Assembly (NCBI GenBank): GCA_964485485.1
Contig: CAZAJW010000141.1
Location: forward strand, 1-36,057
Direction of reading: 5' to 3'
DNA length: 36,057 bases
Source of the DNA: an uncultured Atribacterota bacterium
GTDB lineage: Bacteria > Atribacterota > Phoenicimicrobiia > Phoenicimicrobiales > Stramentimicrobiaceae
Shown: positions 29,911 through 36,057 of the stretch, piece by piece
Layout: every line of letters begins with the position of its first letter
Position numbering within the stretch: position 1 is the first letter of the stretch
The notes under the pieces: generated by a model
The model's database searches: none
Told to the model about the DNA's origin: nothing
Seen by the model: only the letters and a program-made list of their open reading frames with translations
Made by a program: the position numbers and the translations under genes

Positions 29911-32088
29911 ATGACCAATTCTATTACTAGAAAAACCGAAATTAAAGTCGGTGAAAAAACCATTAAAATAGAAACCGGTAAGCTAGCAAAACAGGCAAAT
30001 GGATCTGTATTGCTTACCTGCGGAGAAACAGTTGTACTTGTGACGGCTGTAGCTTCCAAAGAGCCACGAGAAGGAATAGACTTTTTCCCTTTACTAGTAG
30101 ATTATGAGGAAAAGTTCTATGCTGCTGGTAAAATACCGGGTGGTTTTTTTAAGAGAGAAGGCAAGCCAAGCGAAAATGCTATTCTAACTTCTCGGCTTAT
30201 TGACCGGCCTTTGCGGCCTTTGTTTCCTGAAGATTACCGTAATGATGTGCAAATTATCACTTCTGTTTTGTCTTATGACCAAACAAATCTTCCGGATATT
30301 ATTTCAATCATAGGCGCTTCCTGTGCTCTTTCTATTTCGGATATACCATTTAATAAACCGGTTGCAGCGGTAAGAATGGGTTATCTTAATGGAGAATATT
30401 TGATTAATCCATCTGTAGAAGAATTAAAAGAATGCCAGCTTAATATAATTGTAGCCGGAACCAAGGATTCTGTTATTATGTTAGAAGGCGAAGCACAAGA
30501 ATTATCTGAAGAAGATATTTTAATCGCAATTGAAAAAGCACAAGTTGAAATCGATAAAATTGTAGATATGCAGATACAATTTGCCAAGGAAATAAAAGAA
30601 GGTGATCTAGAAAAATCTTGGCAGCCTGACCAAATATTAATACAGGAAAAAGAAAAGTATTATCAATTCATAAAACAAAATTATTCTGATAAGATTGAAA
30701 AAGCCTTGACAATATTTGAAAAAAATGAGAGAGAAGATAATTTAAATAAAATATCTGACGAAATAATCTCTCATTATGATAATGAAGAAAAAGACAATGA
30801 ATCTAATAGTTCATTGATAAAAAGCAGCTTTGATTCAATATGCAAAGAATTAATGAGAAAATTGATTGTTGAGAAAGAAATGCGCATTGATCACCGTAAA
30901 ATAGATGAAGTAAGAACAATTGAATGTGAAATAGGAATTTTACCGAGAGTACATGGTAGTGCGCTTTTTACCAGAGGGCAAACACAAGCATTGGTAATTA
31001 CCACACTTGGTTCTGTCAGAGATGAACAGTCTATTGATACTTTAGAAGAAGACACTTCTCGAAAGTTCTATTTACATTACAATTTTCCTCCTTTCTCAGT
31101 AGGTGATGTTAAACCAAGAAGATCTCAATCCAGAAGAGAGATTGGACATGGAGCCCTAGCTGAAAAGGCTATCAAGGCGCTTATTCCTGATGAAACAGAT
31201 TTCCCTTATACTATCCGAGTTGTCTCAGAAATACTAGAGTCAAACGGATCATCGTCTATGGCAACAGTATGTGGCACCAGCATGTCCTTAATGGATGCAG
31301 GGGTTCCTATAAAAAAACCAATTGCAGGTATTGCTCTTGGTCTTGTAAAAGAGCAAGATAATTACAAAATATTAACTGATATTTTAGGGATCGAAGATCA
31401 CTATGGCGATATGGATTTTAAGGCTGCAGGTTCTATTGATGGTATTACTGCTATTCAAATGGATTTAAAAATTGATGGTGTTTCCATTGATATATTACGA
31501 GATATACTGGAAAAATCAAAAAAAGGTCGTAATTATATTCTTGACAAAATGAATAAAGTAATAGCTAGGCCAAAAGAGAATTTGTCTGATTATGTTCCGA
31601 AAATGTTCATCATGAAGGTTAATCCGGATAAAATTGGGAGCGTTATTGGTCCAAGCGGTAGAAATATAAAGAAAATTATCGAAGAAAGTGATACCGGAAT
31701 TGACATAAAAGATAATGGGGAGATATTTATTACTGCTGATACTACTGAAAAGATTGATAAGGCCAAGTATCTTATCGAAGGATTGGTAAGAGAGGTAAAA
31801 GCCGGAGAAATATATAATGGAAAGGTAAAAAGAATTACCAAATACGGGGCCTTTGTTGAAATACTACCTGGTGTGGAAGGTCTTTTACATATATCCAATT
31901 TATGCCATTACCATGTTGACAAAGTAGAAGACGTTATAAATGTAAATGACGAATTTCAGGTAAAGGTTATTGGCGTTGACCAACAGGGCAAAATTGATTT
32001 AAGCAAGAAAGAGCTAACTCCTAAAAACAGCAGAGATGATAGAGATAATGGTGGTAGTCACTCTCGCAGAAAATCTTCATATAGATAA
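29911..32088 (+). CDS. pnp: Polyribonucleotide nucleotidyltransferase (PNPase)
   Basis: DFFPL, GKIPGGFFKRE, RLIDRPLRP, RREIGHG, SNGSSSMA, GDMDFK, KH and S1 domains. Confidence 0.99.
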   Translation: MTNSITRKTEIKVGEKTIKIETGKLAKQANGSVLLTCGETVVLVTAVASKEPREGIDFFPLLVDYEEKFYAAGKIPGGFFKREGKPSENAILTSRLIDRPLRPLFPEDYRNDVQIITSVLSYDQTNLPDIISIIGASCALSISDIPFNKPVAAVRMGYLNGEYLINPSVEELKECQLNIIVAGTKDSVIMLEGEAQELSEEDILIAIEKAQVEIDKIVDMQIQFAKEIKEGDLEKSWQPDQILIQEKEKYYQFIKQNYSDKIEKALTIFEKNEREDNLNKISDEIISHYDNEEKDNESNSSLIKSSFDSICKELMRKLIVEKEMRIDHRKIDEVRTIECEIGILPRVHGSALFTRGQTQALVITTLGSVRDEQSIDTLEEDTSRKFYLHYNFPPFSVGDVKPRRSQSRREIGHGALAEKAIKALIPDETDFPYTIRVVSEILESNGSSSMATVCGTSMSLMDAGVPIKKPIAGIALGLVKEQDNYKILTDILGIEDHYGDMDFKAAGSIDGITAIQMDLKIDGVSIDILRDILEKSKKGRNYILDKMNKVIARPKENLSDYVPKMFIMKVNPDKIGSVIGPSGRNIKKIIEESDTGIDIKDNGEIFITADTTEKIDKAKYLIEGLVREVKAGEIYNGKVKRITKYGAFVEILPGVEGLLHISNLCHYHVDKVEDVINVNDEFQVKVIGVDQQGKIDLSKKELTPKNSRDDRDNGGSHSRRKSSYR

Positions 32089-32109
32089 TAGAAAATATAG
32101 TTATTGATG

Positions 32110-32583
32110 ATGAATAAAGAAATAGAAAAAATAGAAGTTAAAATAGAAAAGGATAAAGGTTGTGATGACTTGCCTTTACCAAAAGCAGCCAGTAAATATG
32201 CTTCCGGTGTAGATCTTTTTTCTGCCGAAGAAGGTGCTGTAGAAATTGATAAAGGTGAAATAATATTAGTCTCAACAGGCATTAAAATAGCCTTGCCGAT
32301 AGGCTTTGAAGCCCAGGTTAGACCTAGGAGTGGATTAGCCTATCGTTATGGTATTACTGTCCTCAATACGCCAGGTACTATTGATTCGGATTATCGTGGT
32401 GTGATAAAGATAATTCTGATCAATCATGGTAAAGAAAAATTTATTGTAAATCGTGGAGACCGCATTGCACAGCTAGTGATTCAAAGAATATTTCAGCCAG
32501 TTTTGATAGAAACAAAACAATTAGACAATACCAAGCGGGGCATTGGTGGTTTTGGACATACCGGAATTAAAACTAATCAATAA
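32110..32583 (+). CDS. dut: dUTP diphosphatase
   Basis: SGVDL, RPRSG, GTIDSDYRG, DRIAQL, RGxGGFGHTG; start 32104, 32107 or 32110. Confidence 0.97.
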   Translation: MNKEIEKIEVKIEKDKGCDDLPLPKAASKYASGVDLFSAEEGAVEIDKGEIILVSTGIKIALPIGFEAQVRPRSGLAYRYGITVLNTPGTIDSDYRGVIKIILINHGKEKFIVNRGDRIAQLVIQRIFQPVLIETKQLDNTKRGIGGFGHTGIKTNQ

Positions 32584-32638
32584 GAGATAACAATCATACA
32601 GGAATATCATTCATAGGAAAATAGAAGTAAGGAAGCCA

Positions 32639-33457
32639 ATGCACTATGTTATTTTAGGTTTAATTCAAGGGTTAACCGAATTTCTTCCAGTAAGTAGTTC
32701 TGGCCATCTGGTAATTGCCCAATACCTTCTAGGGTTACAAATACCAGGTGTTGCCTTTGAAACATTTGTTCATTTTGGCACATTGTTGGCTGTTATTTTT
32801 TTGTTTAGAAATGATATTAAAGAAATTTTACTCGCCTTCTGCAGAAGCCTTAATAAAATATATATTCCCAAAAAGTTTTTTAACCATCTTCGAGATGATC
32901 TGTTATGCAAATTTGCCTGGTTATTAGTTATAAGTACTATACCGGGAGCACTAATTGGATATTATTTCAATACTATGTTCGAAAAACTTTTTGGAAATCC
33001 AGTCATCACTTCTTTGATGCTCATTATAACTGGATTTTGCCTTTTTTTGACAGATAAATATTTGATTCAAGGTAGCAAAAAAATTAAAGAGATGAATGGC
33101 ATTGATGCAATCTTTATAGGTTTTGCGCAGGCATTAGCAATTATTCCTGGCATATCTCGTTCAGGTTTTACTATAATGATGGCTCTTAACAGACAAATAG
33201 ACCGTGAATTCGCGGCAAAATACTCTTTTATTTTGTCTGTTCCGATTATTATAGGTGCTTCAATATTTAAAGTTAAAGAAATATTTCATCTTGAAATAAA
33301 TGTTAATTTGTTGCTCATTTCTGGAATAACTGCTTTTTTATCAGGTTATTGGGCTATGATATTTTTTATAAAAATGCTAACAAAATATAAATTGCGATTA
33401 TTTAGCTATTATCTATGGATTATTGGAATCGTGGTAATCTTTATTTATTTATCTTAA
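32639..33457 (+). CDS. uppP: Undecaprenyl-diphosphatase (BacA/UppP)
   Basis: QGLTEFLPVSSSGHL, PGISRSG, SFILSVP; hydrophobic. Confidence 0.97.
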   Translation: MHYVILGLIQGLTEFLPVSSSGHLVIAQYLLGLQIPGVAFETFVHFGTLLAVIFLFRNDIKEILLAFCRSLNKIYIPKKFFNHLRDDLLCKFAWLLVISTIPGALIGYYFNTMFEKLFGNPVITSLMLIITGFCLFLTDKYLIQGSKKIKEMNGIDAIFIGFAQALAIIPGISRSGFTIMMALNRQIDREFAAKYSFILSVPIIIGASIFKVKEIFHLEINVNLLLISGITAFLSGYWAMIFFIKMLTKYKLRLFSYYLWIIGIVVIFIYLS

Positions 33458-33474
33458 TACTAAAGGTGGGGGAA

Positions 33475-35688
33475 ATGGCAAAAAATATTAAGAGGCATTA
33501 CTCAATAAGAAAAAGAGCTTTAGGTATCATCATCATTGCAATTGCTATCTATTATTTATTTTCCATATTATTTCCTGCAAGCAGCTTTCTATTTATTAAT
33601 GTTATTATAAATAATATTAATAAATTAATCGGGCTTGGAAAATATTTTATTTTCTTATTCTTAATAGTAGAAGGAATATGCCTTTTATTTAATTACCGTT
33701 TTCAAAATTATTATAATAAGATTTTCGGGATAACAACTTTAGTATTAATAATCCTGGTTTTCATTCATCTAAAATTAATCTTTATTGATCATGCCTATTT
33801 ACTGGCAAGAGATGGAGCAGGTGGTGGATTATATGGATTCTATCTAGCAAGATATCTTAATAATTATTTTGGTTTAACCGGGGCATATCTTTTCCTTATT
33901 GCCCTTGGCCTAATTGCCATTCTATTTATCACCGATGTTTCTTTTCTTTATGCCATTAGCTTATTCTTCAGTAAAATTTACCAGATACTCAGTAAGCTCT
34001 TTTCCGGCATAATAACAAAAAGAAAAGTAATAGAAAGACCAAATAAAGAAAAAACTATTAGTATTTATTCAGATAAGCAAGACGAACCCAAAAAAAGTCC
34101 GGAACCTATTTTTAGCAAGAAATTTCCTTCCAAAGCGAAAAAAAATAGTGAGCCGGCGATACAGGGGAAGATTAATTTCTCTGTTAAAAATAAGGATAAT
34201 ATTAATGGAAAGGCTAAAGATAACAAATATATTATACCACCTACTAACTTATTAAATGAAGTAAAAAAAGAGCATAGAGCAAAAGGTCAAGAAAAAATAA
34301 AGAATAATATCATATTGCTGCAAAAAACATTAGATAATTTTGGTATCCAAGGAGATGTAATTGGAGCAACACAGGGACCGACAGTTACAAGATATGAAAT
34401 ACAGCCGGCACCGGGTGTTAAAGTGTCAAAAATTACCAATCTCAGTAATGATATTGCTTTGGCCTTTGCTGCAGCTTCCGTGAGAATAGAAGCACCAATT
34501 CCAGGCAAAAATGCCATTGGTATTGAGGTACCTAATAGGGAAAAAGATACTGTATTACTAAGGGAAATTCTTGAATCAAAAGACTATCAAAATAACTCAC
34601 TTATTTTGCCTATTGCATTAGGAAAAGATATTGGTGGAAAGAATATTATCGCAGATTTAGTTGATTTGCCGCATTTGCTTATTGCTGGTTCTACCGGTTC
34701 CGGAAAAAGCGTGTGTCTTAATTCAATTATTTTAAGTTTATTATATCGTTTTGGACCTGAAATGATAAGGTTTGTGATGGTTGATCCAAAGAGAGTTGAA
34801 CTAAATGTTTATAATGGAATACCTCACTTGATTATTCCAATTATCACCAATACAAAAAAAGTTGACAAAGTATTGAACTGGGCTATTTCTGAAATGGAAA
34901 ACCGATTTAAAATATTTGCTGAAGTAGGTGTCCGTAATTTAAAAGGATACCATGAATATATGAAAAGTATAAAAACAGATGAAGAACCTTTACCATATAT
35001 AGTTATTATTATTGATGAATTGGCAGACTTGATGTTATCTTCGCCAGTCAAGGTAGAAGAAGCTTTATGTAGATTAGCACAAATGACCAGAGCTACCGGA
35101 ATTCATTTAATTATCGCTACCCAGAGACCTTCTGTAGATATTATTACCGGCTCGATAAAGATAAATTTCCCATCACGTATTGCTTTTGCAGTTTCAACAC
35201 AGGTGGATTCAAGGACCATTTTAGATGTTAACGGAGCTGAAAAATTATTGGGAAATGGTGACATGTTATTCTCACCAATAAATGCGTCTAAACCAATACG
35301 TGCCCAGGGCTCTTTTGTTTCTGAAAGAGAGATTAAAAATATTGTTTCCTTTTTAGAAGATAATGGACCTACACCTGATTATAAGGAAAATATCCTTAAT
35401 CATAAAAAAACCCAGGAAAGTTTAATAGAAGAAGAGAATGAGGAGGAAGAAGAAGATGAATTGTTTGAAGATGCCGTTGATACCATTATCAATAATAACC
35501 AGGCCTCAATATCAATATTGCAAAGAAAGTTAAGAATAGGTTATACCAGGGCTGCCCGCTTGATAGATATTATGGAAAAAAAAGGAATGGTTGGGCCATA
35601 TGATGGACGGAGTCCAAGGAAGATACTACTTTCTAAGGATGATTATTTATCAAGAAAAAATAATTATGATACTCAGGAAAATGAATGA
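33475..35688 (+). CDS. ftsK: DNA translocase FtsK/SpoIIIE
   Basis: N-terminal TM region, GPTVTRYE, RIEAPIPGK, PHLLIAGSTGSGKS, DPKRVEL, ATQRPSVD, gamma domain LQRKLRIGYTRAARL; start moved to ATG 33475. Confidence 0.98.
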   Translation: MAKNIKRHYSIRKRALGIIIIAIAIYYLFSILFPASSFLFINVIINNINKLIGLGKYFIFLFLIVEGICLLFNYRFQNYYNKIFGITTLVLIILVFIHLKLIFIDHAYLLARDGAGGGLYGFYLARYLNNYFGLTGAYLFLIALGLIAILFITDVSFLYAISLFFSKIYQILSKLFSGIITKRKVIERPNKEKTISIYSDKQDEPKKSPEPIFSKKFPSKAKKNSEPAIQGKINFSVKNKDNINGKAKDNKYIIPPTNLLNEVKKEHRAKGQEKIKNNIILLQKTLDNFGIQGDVIGATQGPTVTRYEIQPAPGVKVSKITNLSNDIALAFAAASVRIEAPIPGKNAIGIEVPNREKDTVLLREILESKDYQNNSLILPIALGKDIGGKNIIADLVDLPHLLIAGSTGSGKSVCLNSIILSLLYRFGPEMIRFVMVDPKRVELNVYNGIPHLIIPIITNTKKVDKVLNWAISEMENRFKIFAEVGVRNLKGYHEYMKSIKTDEEPLPYIVIIIDELADLMLSSPVKVEEALCRLAQMTRATGIHLIIATQRPSVDIITGSIKINFPSRIAFAVSTQVDSRTILDVNGAEKLLGNGDMLFSPINASKPIRAQGSFVSEREIKNIVSFLEDNGPTPDYKENILNHKKTQESLIEEENEEEEEDELFEDAVDTIINNNQASISILQRKLRIGYTRAARLIDIMEKKGMVGPYDGRSPRKILLSKDDYLSRKNNYDTQENE

Positions 35689-35690
35689 TT

Positions 35691-35925
35691 GAGTAAATAT
35701 CGCACCCGCATAGTGGGTGGCTTTAAGAACCTCTAAAAGAGGCTTAACTCTTTTTCTTTCGTTTTTTGATTTAATCTTTGGCTATAATGTTTCTTAAGCA
35801 ATAGCTTTTCAACTTTGGGCTTCGGGTGAAAAATTGTCATCTAGCTACTATTAATATTTTTATGGTAAAAACAATCTATTTAACCATTACCATTTCTTGG
35901 AAGGTGGTAATGGTTAAATAAAATA
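35691..35925 (-). repeat. Dispersed structured intergenic element, copy D (full length, inverted)
   Basis: 16-bp stem 35877-35892/35905-35920; reverse complement contains AGCTAGATGACAATTTTTCACCCGAAGCCCAAAGTTG and CACCCACTATGCGGGTGCGATATTTACT. Confidence 0.92.
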
Positions 35926-36030
35926 TATTAATTGAAATAAAAAAAGGAACGTATTATTATATTAGTAAGTGTGACGATGCTTTAACAATAAATCATATGA
36001 TTGATAAAATATATTTAATAAAAAATAACT

Positions 36031-36057
36031 GAAAGGAGGATTTGATAAAAGTAAAGT
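36031..36057 (+). other. Strong Shine-Dalgarno of the next gene, which runs off the window
   Basis: GAAAGGAGG at 36031-36039; gene not identifiable. Confidence 0.5.

Noticed and set aside
62-35051. The many 60-140 aa alternative-frame and antisense ORFs in the ORF track
   Set aside because: They overlap well-supported housekeeping genes and have no recognisable motifs; they are shadow ORFs.
35811-35831. FHPKPKV in the copy D mini-ORF resembles an Erm/KsgA methyltransferase motif
   Set aside because: Only 7 residues, no flanking similarity, and not conserved at the protein level in copies B or C; probably chance.
15870-35925. Repeat family as a CRISPR array or classical TIR-bounded MITE
   Set aside because: Copies are dispersed, not tandem with spacers; no cas genes; no terminal inverted repeats or clear target-site duplication.

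Overview
AT-rich bacterial chromosomal core region of housekeeping genes, almost all on the + strand: clpX, T-box-valS-folC, comEA-comEC-holA, rpsT (-), murJ-lepA-hemW, CIRCE-hrcA-grpE-dnaK-dnaJ-mtaB, nusA-ylxR-infB-DUF503-rbfA-nrnA-truB-ribF, rpsO-pnp-dut-uppP-ftsK. No rRNA, tRNA, CRISPR array, transposase or phage gene was seen. The main signal not explained by the genes is a family of four diverged ~90-250 bp structured non-coding elements (15870-16060 +, 21758-22008 +, 23208-23296 +, 35691-35925 -). They share an internal CAATTTTYACCYGAAG-like core and a 3' end ...YGGGTGCRATATTT; three of them also share a long 5' hairpin. They resemble non-autonomous IS200/IS605-type miniature elements, possibly domesticated as RNA leaders. 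Other notable items are a Val T-box with an apparently truncated Stem I, missing rimP/ylxQ/prmA/rsmE, and a possible CTG start for comEC. All alignments and folds were done by eye.
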